Positions 21,722-31,606 of a DNA stretch of 64,000 nucleotides are shown one piece after another. The position numbers were made by a program, and so were the translations under genes. The DNA comes from an uncultured delta proteobacterium (GTDB lineage: Bacteria; Desulfobacterota; Desulfobacteria; Desulfobacterales; JAFDCJ01), in NCBI GenBank assembly GCA_963769935.1, contig CAVYNY010000004.1:37301-101300 (forward strand), written 5' to 3'. Below the pieces are notes generated by a model, which searched no databases, was not told where the DNA came from, and saw only the letters and a list, made by a program, of their open reading frames with translations. How positions within the stretch are numbered: the stretch's first letter is position 1; each line of letters begins with the position of its first letter.

Positions 21722-22687
21722 TTAAGCAACGAGCTCCAAGAGGATTTCCGTCCATATAAGCAACACAACCCACAAAAAAGAGGACAGCAGCATAATGTCA
21801 CACGCTTTTCTTATGTGGACCGGCTGAGTTTGGCCGAAGTGCACCCCGATAAAAGGTTTGTTCACCAGTTTGCCCTGGTAATAATTGGGACCATTGAGCT
21901 TGACGGCCAGCGCACCGGCAAAGGCGGCTTCCGGAAAGCCGGCATTCGGGCTGGAATGCTGCGCTCCTTCCAGGACGGCAGTTTTCAGGGACCGTGCCCC
22001 CGCTCCTGAAAGAATCTGACTGGCCAGGGAAATGACCAATACGGAAAATCGCGCCGGCAGAAAATTCAAGATATCGTCAATTCTGGCGGATGCTTTGCCG
22101 AACTGCAAGTAGGCTTCATTTTTATACCCCACCATCGAGTCCAAGGTGTTGGCCATTTTGTACGCCATTGCCAGGGGGGCGCCCCCGATGGCTGCAAAGA
22201 GCAAGGGCGCTGTGACGCCGTCCACGAGGTTTTCGGCCACAGTTTCAACAACTGCCCTGGCAATTTCCCCCGCATTGTACTTTTGGACGTCCCGGCCGAC
22301 AACTTGGGCCACTTTTTGGCGGGCTTCATTGACCTTGTTTTGCATGAGACAATCGTGTATTTCCAGGGCTGCATCTTCCAAAGAGCGGGCGGCAATGCAG
22401 AAATATATCAGGACGATTTCAACGCCATAACCGAGCCAGGCATGGAAGGCGGCGCTGACCGCTATCACCAGATATGTCAACAACCAGGTGCCGGCGATTA
22501 ACGTGGCTGCATACACGGCGCCTGCCAATACCAAATTAGATGAGATTTTTCGGAAACGGGGTTCTAATGTCGCAATGGCATATCCCATCCAGCGCACCGG
22601 GTGGGGCAGTGTTGGCGAATCTCCCAGAGCCAGGTCCAGTAAAAAAGCTGCCGGCAAAATCAACCATAGCGTGTAATGCGCCATCAT
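21722..22687 (-). CDS. cbiB: Adenosylcobinamide-phosphate synthase
   Basis: LDLALGD...HPV, VGRD, ETVAENLVDG, NTLDSMVGYKN, HSSPNAGFPEAA. Confidence 0.95.
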   Translation of the reverse strand: MMAHYTLWLILPAAFLLDLALGDSPTLPHPVRWMGYAIATLEPRFRKISSNLVLAGAVYAATLIAGTWLLTYLVIAVSAAFHAWLGYGVEIVLIYFCIAARSLEDAALEIHDCLMQNKVNEARQKVAQVVGRDVQKYNAGEIARAVVETVAENLVDGVTAPLLFAAIGGAPLAMAYKMANTLDSMVGYKNEAYLQFGKASARIDDILNFLPARFSVLVISLASQILSGAGARSLKTAVLEGAQHSSPNAGFPEAAFAGALAVKLNGPNYYQGKLVNKPFIGVHFGQTQPVHIRKACDIMLLSSFLWVVLLIWTEILLELVA

Positions 22688-23811
22688 GAGCCGACCAATC
22701 GCCCTTTGACCGCATTTTGACGGGCACCCTCTTGATTTTGAGACAAAGCGATGAGCTTTTGGGCAACCAGACTGTTTGCTTCGGGGGTTTTCGGAGAAAC
22801 CCGAATAAATTTATCCGAAAGCCCTTCAAAATTGGCACAGTTCCGAATGAGAACCTTTTCCTCGGCCAGCCGCTCCCAGGCGGTTCCCGCCGGGAGATGC
22901 GCCGGCAGCCTGATGAGCACAAACGGCGTTTGGCTGCGATATATTTTAAATTCCGGGGCCGCGCTGAATGACTCATAAAATTGTTGCCGCTGCCTTGCCA
23001 AATTCGTCCGGGTGTTTTGGATAAAAGCTTCGATCAGGTGTTTATGGCCGGACAGAAAACGAACGGCTTCGTGGGCCAGACTGTTTACACTCCAGGGCAA
23101 AAGATCGCGCCTTAACTGCTGGACATGGTGGTTATTTGCAATGATAAATCCAATCCTCAGGCCCGGAATTCCAAATATTTTAGAAATGGAAAGCAGCACC
23201 ATTACGTTGTCGAGTCCTGAATTTATCATGCTCTCCTGTTTTGCATTGGAAATAAATGGCATGTAGGATTCGTCGATAACAAAGGTGCTCCGAGGGCAAG
23301 ATTTACATAACTGATATAATTTATCATATGGTATCAGGACCCCGGTCGGATTATTCGGGTTGCATATAAATACGGTGTCGAAGTGTTGGATACTCAGCTG
23401 CAGCCGATCCGGGTCGGGAAAAAAAGCTTCTGATTCGCGGGCCGAAATAATTTTGCAGGCCAGGCGGTTGCGGTCACAGGCATCTGCGTAGTCGGAATAG
23501 GTTGGACCGACAATCAAGGCGCTTTTTGATTTCAACACCCCGGGTATCGAGTAAATCAATTGGGTCGTTCCATTTCCGGCCAGCATTCGGCTGGAATTCA
23601 GACCCAAATAATCCGCAAAATGTTCTGCGGTTTGCCGCCCGTCGACTTCAGGCAATCTGGTGATTGTTTCCAAATTTTCCTTGAGAAAATCGATCAGACC
23701 CGGCGGCGGCCCCAGGGGATTTATATTGCAGCTCATATCAAGGATATCTGCCGGGCTGCAATTCGCCTGCCGGGCAACCGCATGAATATTGCCGCCGTGA
23801 CCGAATGTCAT
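22684..23811 (-). CDS. cobD: L-threonine-O-3-phosphate decarboxylase
   Basis: HGGN start, DMSCNINPLG, CNPNNPTG, IDESY, SISKIFGIPGLRIG. ATGA overlap with cobS supports the 23811 start. Confidence 0.9.
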   Translation of the reverse strand: MTFGHGGNIHAVARQANCSPADILDMSCNINPLGPPPGLIDFLKENLETITRLPEVDGRQTAEHFADYLGLNSSRMLAGNGTTQLIYSIPGVLKSKSALIVGPTYSDYADACDRNRLACKIISARESEAFFPDPDRLQLSIQHFDTVFICNPNNPTGVLIPYDKLYQLCKSCPRSTFVIDESYMPFISNAKQESMINSGLDNVMVLLSISKIFGIPGLRIGFIIANNHHVQQLRRDLLPWSVNSLAHEAVRFLSGHKHLIEAFIQNTRTNLARQRQQFYESFSAAPEFKIYRSQTPFVLIRLPAHLPAGTAWERLAEEKVLIRNCANFEGLSDKFIRVSPKTPEANSLVAQKLIALSQNQEGARQNAVKGRLVGS

Positions 23812-24536
23812 CGCGCTCCTCCGATGGAAGCCACCAAAAACAGTCCGGCTTCGGTAACTTCCGCCATGGCGCCCAGCATGTCGCCGGTGATGCACCCTAC
23901 CCGTCTCTGGTAATACCGGATCAACCCCGCAGTCAGGACGGCGAAGCAAAGGTTGAGCCAGATTGTCTTCCAGCCCAGGATTAAAGAGAGCAGCACCGGA
24001 ACCGAGAGTCCCCAAAAAGCCGACAGCGGCAATTGGGCTTTAAAAAAATCCGCCCCGGTGCCGCCGTCCGGACGCCCGTAGGGCAGATAGCGCATACCGA
24101 ACAGCATGCTGGCCCGGGCATAGGCCGGCACAATAATCAGCAAAATGGTGCGCTGGGCGTCCAAACCCGCAATACCGGCCCATTTAATGGATAATCCGCC
24201 TAGAATGGCAACCAGGCCCATTGTGCCCAGCCGGCTGTCTTTCATGATCGTTAGTATCTTTTCTCTTGATCGCTGCCCCAACAAACCATCGGCGGCGTCA
24301 CCCAAGCCATCGATATGAAAGGCGCCGGTCAGGATCGCTAAAAAGACAACATCGAGCAGGGAACCCGCCGACCGGCCCCATAAACTCACGGCGACGTAAT
24401 CAAACATGACCAGCAGCCCGCCCAGGACAATCCCCACGAGCGGAAAATAGGGAATCATGCGGGGCGGATCAAAGGATTCGGACCGACCCCAGGGCAGGAT
24501 GGTGATAAATTGGATGGCGGAGATAAATCCCTTCAC
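23808..24536 (-). CDS. cobS: Adenosylcobinamide-GDP ribazoletransferase (cobalamin synthase)
   Basis: QFITILP, TGAFHIDGLGDAADG, IMKDSRLG, GCITGDMLGA. Confidence 0.95.
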   Translation of the reverse strand: MKGFISAIQFITILPWGRSESFDPPRMIPYFPLVGIVLGGLLVMFDYVAVSLWGRSAGSLLDVVFLAILTGAFHIDGLGDAADGLLGQRSREKILTIMKDSRLGTMGLVAILGGLSIKWAGIAGLDAQRTILLIIVPAYARASMLFGMRYLPYGRPDGGTGADFFKAQLPLSAFWGLSVPVLLSLILGWKTIWLNLCFAVLTAGLIRYYQRRVGCITGDMLGAMAEVTEAGLFLVASIGGAR

Positions 24537-24587
24537 TTATCTGTTTCCTTTTTCCCACTTAAAAATTCGATGTCGGGCGTTGGATGT

Positions 24588-25109
24588 TCATTTAATTTTG
24601 ACCGGAATACCCGCCACCATCCAGACGACCCGGTCTGCCTGAGCGGCAACGGCCTGGTTGGCCGCGCCCGCAAGATCTCTGAACCGGCGCGCAAGTCTAT
24701 TTTCGGGGACAATGCCGGCCCCTACTTCGTTGGAGACGAGAATAACCGGACAGCTTGCCGACGCAAGGGAAGGTATCAGACTGATAATCCGTTCATTAAT
24801 TAATTCATCATCTTCGGTTTCCATCAAAAGATTGCTGATCCATAAGGTCAGGCAGTCCACCAGAAGCACATCCGCCTGTCCGCTGTATTCAATAATTGCC
24901 TGCGGCAAATGGATGGGGGTCTCAACAGTCTGCCAGTCCTGGCCGCGTTCTTTTTGATGCCGATCGACCCGCTGCTTCATTTCCGCATCACGGGGCACGC
25001 AGGTTGCAATAAAGATTTTTTTTTCTCCTGCAATCCCGTCGGCTGTTTCCAGCGCATGGCGACTTTTACCGCTCCTGCAGCCACCGATGACAAAGACAAT
25101 TTCTTTCAA
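24588..25109 (-). CDS. cobU: Adenosylcobinamide kinase/guanylyltransferase
   Basis: GGCRSGKS, VDCLTLW, VSNEVGAGIVP, RFRDLAG. Confidence 0.96.
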   Translation of the reverse strand: MKEIVFVIGGCRSGKSRHALETADGIAGEKKIFIATCVPRDAEMKQRVDRHQKERGQDWQTVETPIHLPQAIIEYSGQADVLLVDCLTLWISNLLMETEDDELINERIISLIPSLASASCPVILVSNEVGAGIVPENRLARRFRDLAGAANQAVAAQADRVVWMVAGIPVKIK

Positions 25110-25201
25110 GTCATATCTCCAAACAACACCTTAAAGGACCGGATATAATTTCATATTACCTAACTCAATACACCTTATAAACTCAAAAAACTCACTAAAC
25201 T

Positions 25202-26773
25202 TTACTGCACCAGTTTCATAATGCCCCTGACATCGATATGGCTTGCAAAATGTTCAGCCAGCAAATCATACTCTTTACTTCTGGCTTCCAGGCCTTCCAG
25301 CTGTGGAACTTCAATATTCCGCAGGCCGATCTGCTGCAGCCAAATTCGGGTAATGGCAGGATTGTCGAATATGCCATGGATATAGGTCCCCATTCTTTTA
25401 AAGTCCGGGCTGACACATCCATCATCATCACGGGTCGGGGCATGATTGCGTTCGTATACCTGAAAAAGCGGCGCTCCGCCATTGCGATGGGTCTGGCCCA
25501 TGTGAATCTCATATCCCGCACCGTTGGCACCCTGCCGGGAAAATTTTGTCAGCGTCGTGACCTTGGGAGCTTTCAGCTCAGTTTCAACCGAAAGCAGGCC
25601 CAGCCCCTCGGTTGACCCGGGGCGGCCTTCGATGCCGTCCGGATCGTGAACCTGACTGCCCATCATCTGATAGCCCCCGCATATTCCCAGCACGTGGCCG
25701 CCCTGTTGAACATAATCCGCTATTTTTTCAGACCATCCTCCTTTACGCAGCCATTGCAGGTCAAAGCGCGTATTTTTGGATCCCGGCAATATGACAGCGC
25801 AAAATTGGGAAAGATCCTGAACCTTTTCCAGAAAGAAAACCGACAACCCCTTTAAAGCCGCCAGCGGATCGAAATCATTAAAGTTGGAAATGTGCGGCAG
25901 GCGGATAACTGCGATAGACGGTCGACCATCCCGGGCGGTAAATATCCGTCCCGGTCGTTCGATAACCACCGAATCCTCAGGTTCAATGTGAATATGATCA
26001 TACCAGGGAAGAACGCCGAAAACTTTCTTGCCGGTTTGGCGTTCGATCCAGTTGACGCCGTCTTCGAACAGGCGGATATCCCCCCGGAATCGATTGATGA
26101 TAAAGCCCTTGATCATGTCCCGCTGCTCAGGTTGAAGACAGTCCAGGGTTCCGACAATTTGAGCGAACACGCCCCCGCGATGGATGTCGGCCACCAGAAT
26201 TACCGGCGCCTGAGCATATGCCGCCATGCGTAAATTGACGATATCATTGTCCATCAAGTTGACTTCAGCGCACGAGCCGGCACCCTCCAGGACAATCAGA
26301 TCATAATGCCGGACCAGGCGACTGAGGGCGGCGGCGGCGGTATTGAAAAGAGTTTCCTTTTTGCCATGGTAATCAGATGCCGTGGTATTCTCCCTGACCT
26401 GGCCGAGCACAACCACTTGGGAGCCGATTTCACTGGTGGGTTTGAGCAGCACAGGGTTCATATCCACCTGCGGGGCAATGCGTGCGGCTTCGGCCTGAAC
26501 GATCTGGGCCCTGCCCATTTCCAATCCTTCGGGCGTCACGCCTGAATTATTGGACATGTTCTGGGCTTTAAACGGTGCCACCCTCAGGCCCTGTCTGACG
26601 AAATAGCGGCAGAGAGCGGTGACGACAATGCTTTTTCCCACATCGGACCCGGTCCCCAAAATGGCAATGCAAGGCGCTTTTTTCTTTAAATTTTCAACTG
26701 TAATTGTCGTTTTTTTATCCTCCTTATGAGACCCTGCGTAATTTATGAGCGAACCGGGCTCATAGAACCTCAC
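25202..26773 (-). CDS. cbiP: Cobyric acid synthase (CbiP/CobQ); exact start uncertain
   Basis: GTGSDVGKS, PFKAQNMS, MNPVLLKP, EGAGS, ISNFND, GICGGYQM, GYEIH, GTYIHG. Confidence 0.95.
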   Translation of the reverse strand: MRFYEPGSLINYAGSHKEDKKTTITVENLKKKAPCIAILGTGSDVGKSIVVTALCRYFVRQGLRVAPFKAQNMSNNSGVTPEGLEMGRAQIVQAEAARIAPQVDMNPVLLKPTSEIGSQVVVLGQVRENTTASDYHGKKETLFNTAAAALSRLVRHYDLIVLEGAGSCAEVNLMDNDIVNLRMAAYAQAPVILVADIHRGGVFAQIVGTLDCLQPEQRDMIKGFIINRFRGDIRLFEDGVNWIERQTGKKVFGVLPWYDHIHIEPEDSVVIERPGRIFTARDGRPSIAVIRLPHISNFNDFDPLAALKGLSVFFLEKVQDLSQFCAVILPGSKNTRFDLQWLRKGGWSEKIADYVQQGGHVLGICGGYQMMGSQVHDPDGIEGRPGSTEGLGLLSVETELKAPKVTTLTKFSRQGANGAGYEIHMGQTHRNGGAPLFQVYERNHAPTRDDDGCVSPDFKRMGTYIHGIFDNPAITRIWLQQIGLRNIEVPQLEGLEARSKEYDLLAEHFASHIDVRGIMKLVQ

Positions 26774-26782
26774 AACGGCTTC

Positions 26783-27301
26783 CTATTTTTCAATCCCGAC
26801 CCGCGCCTTGACGCCTTTTTCAAAGTAATGCTTTAACGATTTTACTTCCGATACAAGGTCTGCCCGTTCAATAATTTCAGGTGCCGCCCCGCGGCCGGTG
26901 ATGACCAGCTCCAGACTATCCGGTTTTGAATCGATTATCTCCAGCAACGAATTCATAGAGAAAAGCCCGCAGGCAACGGCCACGTTGGCTTCATCCAGCA
27001 CAACCAGTTGATGCTTTCCCCCTGCCATGACGGATTTGATGCGTTGCAGGCCTTGGGTGGCGGCTTCAATATCTTCTTTTTGCGGCTTTCCCCTGACAAA
27101 ACGGCCGAGTCCGAACTGATCCAGCGTAATCCGGTCTGCAAACCGCGTCAACGCCTTAATTTCGCTGTAATCCCCTTTTTTAAGAAACTGGGCAAAGTAA
27201 ACCGTTAGCCCGGCCCCGGCTGCTCTCAGGGCCAGACCCAAGGCGGCGGTGGTTTTACCCTTCCCGTCGCCGGTGTAAATATGAATGTAACCCTTCATCA
27301 T
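26783..27301 (-). CDS. cobO: Cob(I)alamin adenosyltransferase (CobO/BtuR family)
   Basis: YTGDGKGKTTAALG, QFLK, VLDE, ITGR, KHYFEKG...GIE. Confidence 0.93.
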   Translation of the reverse strand: MMKGYIHIYTGDGKGKTTAALGLALRAAGAGLTVYFAQFLKKGDYSEIKALTRFADRITLDQFGLGRFVRGKPQKEDIEAATQGLQRIKSVMAGGKHQLVVLDEANVAVACGLFSMNSLLEIIDSKPDSLELVITGRGAAPEIIERADLVSEVKSLKHYFEKGVKARVGIEK

Positions 27302-27319
27302 GCGTCAGCCACAGTCAGT

Positions 27320-27470
27320 TGTCTAAAAATGCTTCAGGGATAACTCCAATTCCAGCTAAATTCAGAAAATGCCTAAAATGTCTAAAATGCGCTAAAGTGC
27401 CTAAAATTAAAGTATCGCTTCGCTCCGTCATGTATAAAAAAAGAAAGGATTCCTTAAATATTCAATCCTT
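27320..27470. repeat. 9-mer array (AAATGCCTA) plus AATATTCAAT arm overlapping the cbiH stop
   Basis: aaaatgcctaaaatgtctaaaatgcgctaaagtgcctaaaatt. Confidence 0.7.
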
Positions 27471-28344
27471 TACCATATTTCTCAGCATAACCCCTGGGGG
27501 TCACCATAAAATCAAGGTAGCGGCTGGAGGTGCTGCTGCCGATAAATACGGTGGTTTGCATATCCACCTGTTCCCGGTGCAAATCTGACAGGGGAACAAT
27601 CCGAACTTGCTGGTTTTCCCGCATCGCGCCGGCGACAATGCCCACGGGCGTGAGGCTGTCACGATATTTGAGCAAAATTTTCTGAGCGCTTGCCAGCTGC
27701 CAGGTTCTCTTTTTGCTTTTGGGATTATACAACACCACCACAAAATCGGCTTTGGCGGCAGCTTCGAGCCGCTGTTCAATGAGATGCCAGGGAGTGAGCA
27801 GGTCGCTGAGGCTGATGGCGGCAAAATCGTGGGTCAGGGGCGCACCGAGCAGGGCGGCGCCGGCGCAGAGTGCCGGTATCCCCGGTACGACCTCCACCAG
27901 CAGGGTGGACCCGGCATTCCGGTTATTCGCAAAAGTTGCCGGGGCTGCGATGGCGATGTTATTTTGTTGGCAGATCTCAAATACCAGGCCGGCCATGGCA
28001 TAGATTCCCGGATCGCCGCTGGATACGATGGCGCATGATTTCGCTCTCTGGGCCTGTTCAATCGCAGCTTCCACCCGGTCGACCTCCTGGGTCATCCCGG
28101 TGCTGATGATGGTTTTACCCGCTATCAGCGGCTGGATTAAGTCGATATAGGTGCGGTAGCCCACCACCACATCGACAGCGGACAGCACATCCGCCGCACG
28201 CTTCGTCAGATGATCAGGATCTCCGGGACCGATGCCGACTATGAAAAGGCGATGCGGGCCAGGGCCACCGTTGCGTTTCGGGTTGTGTGCTTGGGAACGA
28301 TCAGCGTTCCGTTTTGGGCTGCGAGTATTGCCGCTGCTTCGCAT
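27454..28344 (-). CDS. cbiH: Cobalt-precorrin-3B C17-methyltransferase
   Basis: VGIGPG, SSGDPGIYAMAG, GAPLTHDFAAISLSDLLTPW, LYNPKS, TPRGY. Confidence 0.93.
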   Translation of the reverse strand: MRSSGNTRSPKRNADRSQAHNPKRNGGPGPHRLFIVGIGPGDPDHLTKRAADVLSAVDVVVGYRTYIDLIQPLIAGKTIISTGMTQEVDRVEAAIEQAQRAKSCAIVSSGDPGIYAMAGLVFEICQQNNIAIAAPATFANNRNAGSTLLVEVVPGIPALCAGAALLGAPLTHDFAAISLSDLLTPWHLIEQRLEAAAKADFVVVLYNPKSKKRTWQLASAQKILLKYRDSLTPVGIVAGAMRENQQVRIVPLSDLHREQVDMQTTVFIGSSTSSRYLDFMVTPRGYAEKYGKGLNI

Positions 28345-29320
28345 ACGCTTTTTACTCCAACATGTTTTTCGACGACCGTTGACGGATTTTCAACATTCTA
28401 CGACCTGCTTCAACTGCTCCCGCGCAAAGAAGACAAGCGGCAGTTTGAGATATCGGCCAGCGCGATTAAGCCGGCTTCATCTGCCTTGACATCAATGGAG
28501 GCAATGCATTTCAGGCTGGATAGCGCCAGGTTGTTGGCCGCAAACACTTCTTCCAGCAGTGCTTTAATTTCTAAAGCGTCGGTGTTGCGGTTGCATCCGA
28601 TGCCTGCCACCAGGCTGGCCGGCCGCAAAATCAGCACCTGCGGCGGCAGATCCCATCTGATATCATCGATGAAAACCCCCGCAATTATCTCGCCTTCGAT
28701 ATTTCGACCGTTTTCCTTCAAGCATTGCTTTAATTCCCCATACGGCAAGACCTTGGATTTCGGCAACCATCTTTTAAAAAATTAAACGGGTCGTGGACGT
28801 GAACTGGTTGGCCTTTGAGCAGCGCCATGTTCACGGATTTAATGGCCTTGGGATTTTCGATGAAAAGGTTTTTCTGCCGGGCCAGAACATCGATCGCCGG
28901 GACTCGATTGACATCGGTAGCGGTGGTGATCACCGGATCGGCGCCGATAATTGCAGCGACTTGTCGGGTCAATTCATTGGCGCCCCCCAGATGTCCGGCC
29001 AGCAGGCTGATCGCGTGATACCCCCCGTCGTCCACGACAACGACGGCCGGGTCTTCGGTCTTGTGTTGAATCAGCGGTGCGATTATTCTTACCACAATTC
29101 CGGTGCTCATAATAAAAATGTGGCCGGCGTATTGATGAAATTTGTGTTTTATCGTCTCGGCCAGGTTCTGAAATGTCGGAAATTCAGTGCTTGTCGCTGT
29201 GATGTTTTGGGAAACAAACACCTCAACATTCGGCAGATTATGGAATATCTTATCCCCCAGCCGGATGCCGTTTGGTGTCAGAATCCATAGCGCGAATCTA
29301 TTTTTCTTATCTGTACCCAT
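28239..29320 (-). CDS. cbiG: Cobalt-precorrin-5A hydrolase, frameshifted at least three times
   Basis: STGIVVR, KTEDPAVVVVD, GHLGGANEL, ITTATD; then VAGIGCNR, KADEAG; then VEKHVGVKSVCEAAA...ATVALA ending in TAG at 28239. Confidence 0.85.
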
Positions 29321-30116
29321 GCTTGAATTTTTTATCGTAAAGCTTTGATTTATATTTCAAATTATCAGCATCAACTTCCAAGGTTTTTCCGACAACGATC
29401 AGGGCTTGTCTGGTAATTTTTTCGGTTCTGACTCTTTCCGCCAGATCTTTGAGACGCGTTACAATGACTTTTTCTTCCGGTTGACTGGCCCGATAGACCA
29501 CGGCGCATGGAGAATCTTTTCCATAGGCATCGGCCAATATTCGGGCAGCATCATCAATCATCGACATGCTCAGATAAATCGCCATCGACGCCTGATGGCC
29601 TGCCAGTGACGCCAAGCCTTCTTTTTCCGGCACCGGCGTGCGGCCGGCCATGCGGGTTAGAATCAGCGTCTGAGAGACTTCGGGCAACGTATATTCGATA
29701 CCCAGGGCGGCGGCGGCGGCAAATGCGGCGGTAACACCCGGAATCATCTTACAGGGAATTCCGCGTTTTTTAAGCTCAGCCATTTGCTCAAAAACGGCGC
29801 CGTACAGACTCGGATCCCCGGTGTGCAGGCGAACCACGCGCTTGCCTTCCGCATAAGCAGCTGCAATCGTCGCGACGATTTGCTCCAGATTCAGGGACGC
29901 GCTGTTTACAGCCTCTGTATCAACCCGCGTCCATTTAAGCAAAACTTCCGGCACCAGTGATCCTGCATAAACCACCACATCCGCCGCCATCAGTGCCTTC
30001 TGTCCTTTAACCGTAATAAGTTCCGGATCTCCCGGACCGGCACCGACGAATAAAACCGGGTTTTCGATTGCGAATTGTGGATTGCGGATTGCGGATTTGG
30101 TATTATCTCGTTTCAA
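29307..30116 (-). CDS. cbiF: Cobalt-precorrin-4 C11-methyltransferase
   Basis: VGAGPGDPELITVKG, YAGSLV, RLHTGDPSLYGA, TLPEVSQTLI, SKLY. Confidence 0.95.
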   Translation of the reverse strand: MKRDNTKSAIRNPQFAIENPVLFVGAGPGDPELITVKGQKALMAADVVVYAGSLVPEVLLKWTRVDTEAVNSASLNLEQIVATIAAAYAEGKRVVRLHTGDPSLYGAVFEQMAELKKRGIPCKMIPGVTAAFAAAAALGIEYTLPEVSQTLILTRMAGRTPVPEKEGLASLAGHQASMAIYLSMSMIDDAARILADAYGKDSPCAVVYRASQPEEKVIVTRLKDLAERVRTEKITRQALIVVGKTLEVDADNLKYKSKLYDKKFKHGYR

Positions 30117-30280
30117 ATAATTATTCCTGGTTTTAGCCTATTTTTGACTTTAAATCATATTCAATAAGCTGTTATTTTCATTAAGTGAATTGCTTTTTAT
30201 TCTCTTCAATAAGGGCCATTCTCCCGCTTAGAAACAGTCTATTCAATCTGAAATCCGCAATCCACAATCCGAGATCCGGC
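30062..30280. repeat. Inverted heptamer arms (GGATTGC / GCAATCC) spanning the cbiET-cbiF junction
   Basis: gattgcgaattgtggattgcggattgcggattt ... aaatccgcaatccacaatcc; both arms lie in coding sequence. Confidence 0.8.
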
Positions 30281-31480
30281 AACGATCCACACCGGATTCT
30301 GGGCTTCCAGTCGCTGGGCCCATGGCATTTTGCGGCTGCGGTTTATCTGAACCTGGACAACTTCCGCGGTAAAGCCGAGGGCGGTTAAGGTATCCGTCGC
30401 CGTTTGAATATTCGGCAGCAGGACGGTATTCACGACAACCCGGCCGCCGGGTTTAAGAATAGAAACGGTGCTGGTGATGATCGCCTTAAGCGCTTGGCCG
30501 CCCCCGCCGATAAATATCCGGTCGGGCCTGGGGAGATGCCCCAGTCCATCCGGCACCGCCGCCTGGAGTATCTCTAAGTTTTCGACTCCAAACCGGCTTT
30601 TGTTGATTTCAATCTGTTTGATTCTTTCAGGATTTTTTTCCACCGCAAATACTTTGCCCCGGTTTACCAGCAGGGCCGCTTCAACGGCAACCGAACCGCT
30701 GCCGGCACCGAGATCCCACAGAATATGATCCGGCAGCAGCCGGAGCTTCGCCAGTGTTATGGCTCGGATTTCCGATTTGGTAATTAGTCCCTTCTCGTGG
30801 GCATAGCAGTGATCCGGCATCCCGAGATACGGCGGTTGCTTTGCCGTATAATCAGGTGGGCATCTTTTGATAATGACCAGATTGGGTTCGGCAAAGACCG
30901 TTTCAGCGGCCTGCACCGGACGATACCAGCTGAAGCGTTCGTCGGCCGTCCCCAGGGATTCGAGAACACAAAGCATAATATTTTCCAGATCTTCCTCCAC
31001 AAGCCGTTTGGCAATCCAGGCCGGATTATGGGACGGATCGGTAAACACGGCCACCACATTTTCTTCATCCAGAGCATGATATAACTCGCGGACACTATTG
31101 CGGCCGTGCAGACTCACCACGCGAACCTTGCTCCAGGGTTCTTTGATGCGGGCAAAGGCAGCAGCAACCGATGAGATATTGGGATAAATGACAACATTTT
31201 CAGATCCCAGGGCGTTTACCAGGATCGATCCGATTCCAAAAAACAGCGGATCCCCGGAGGCCAGCACCACGACGGCTTGCGTTGCCGCCCGGTTTCTAAC
31301 GAAGTCGACGGCTTCGGCGATATTTTTATCAAGGGTCATTTTGTGGGCGGGGCTGTCTTTGAAATAATCCAGCGCACGCTTTCCGCCGACCAGAATATCG
31401 GCGGCCCTGATAATTTGCCAATGCCGCGCAGTCAGATCCTCGGGCGAAAGCCCGATACCGATAATTGCAACCGGTTTCAA
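30239..31480 (-). CDS. cbiET: Bifunctional cobalt-precorrin-7 C5 / 6B C15 methyltransferase
   Basis: ASGDPLFFGIG, SLHGR, GLITKSEIR, WDLGAGSGSV, PDRIFIGG. TTG start after a GGGGG SD. Confidence 0.92.
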   Translation of the reverse strand: MKPVAIIGIGLSPEDLTARHWQIIRAADILVGGKRALDYFKDSPAHKMTLDKNIAEAVDFVRNRAATQAVVVLASGDPLFFGIGSILVNALGSENVVIYPNISSVAAAFARIKEPWSKVRVVSLHGRNSVRELYHALDEENVVAVFTDPSHNPAWIAKRLVEEDLENIMLCVLESLGTADERFSWYRPVQAAETVFAEPNLVIIKRCPPDYTAKQPPYLGMPDHCYAHEKGLITKSEIRAITLAKLRLLPDHILWDLGAGSGSVAVEAALLVNRGKVFAVEKNPERIKQIEINKSRFGVENLEILQAAVPDGLGHLPRPDRIFIGGGGQALKAIITSTVSILKPGGRVVVNTVLLPNIQTATDTLTALGFTAEVVQVQINRSRKMPWAQRLEAQNPVWIVAGSRIVDCGFQIE

Positions 31481-31606
31481 ATGGATAGCCCCCCTTCTGC
31501 TTGGACCTCCGTCCGAACAAAATATTTTCGCCTCCAAGACACAACCACACTAAGATGAACTTTAACCAAAAGATACGTTTTGTGTCTTGGAGCCTTTGTG
31601 GCAATA

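Noticed and set aside
23812..24015. 68-aa N-terminal extension of CobD in the ORF track
   Set aside because: It is an alternate frame of cobS; the true start at 23811 overlaps the cobS stop (ATGA) and precedes HGGN.
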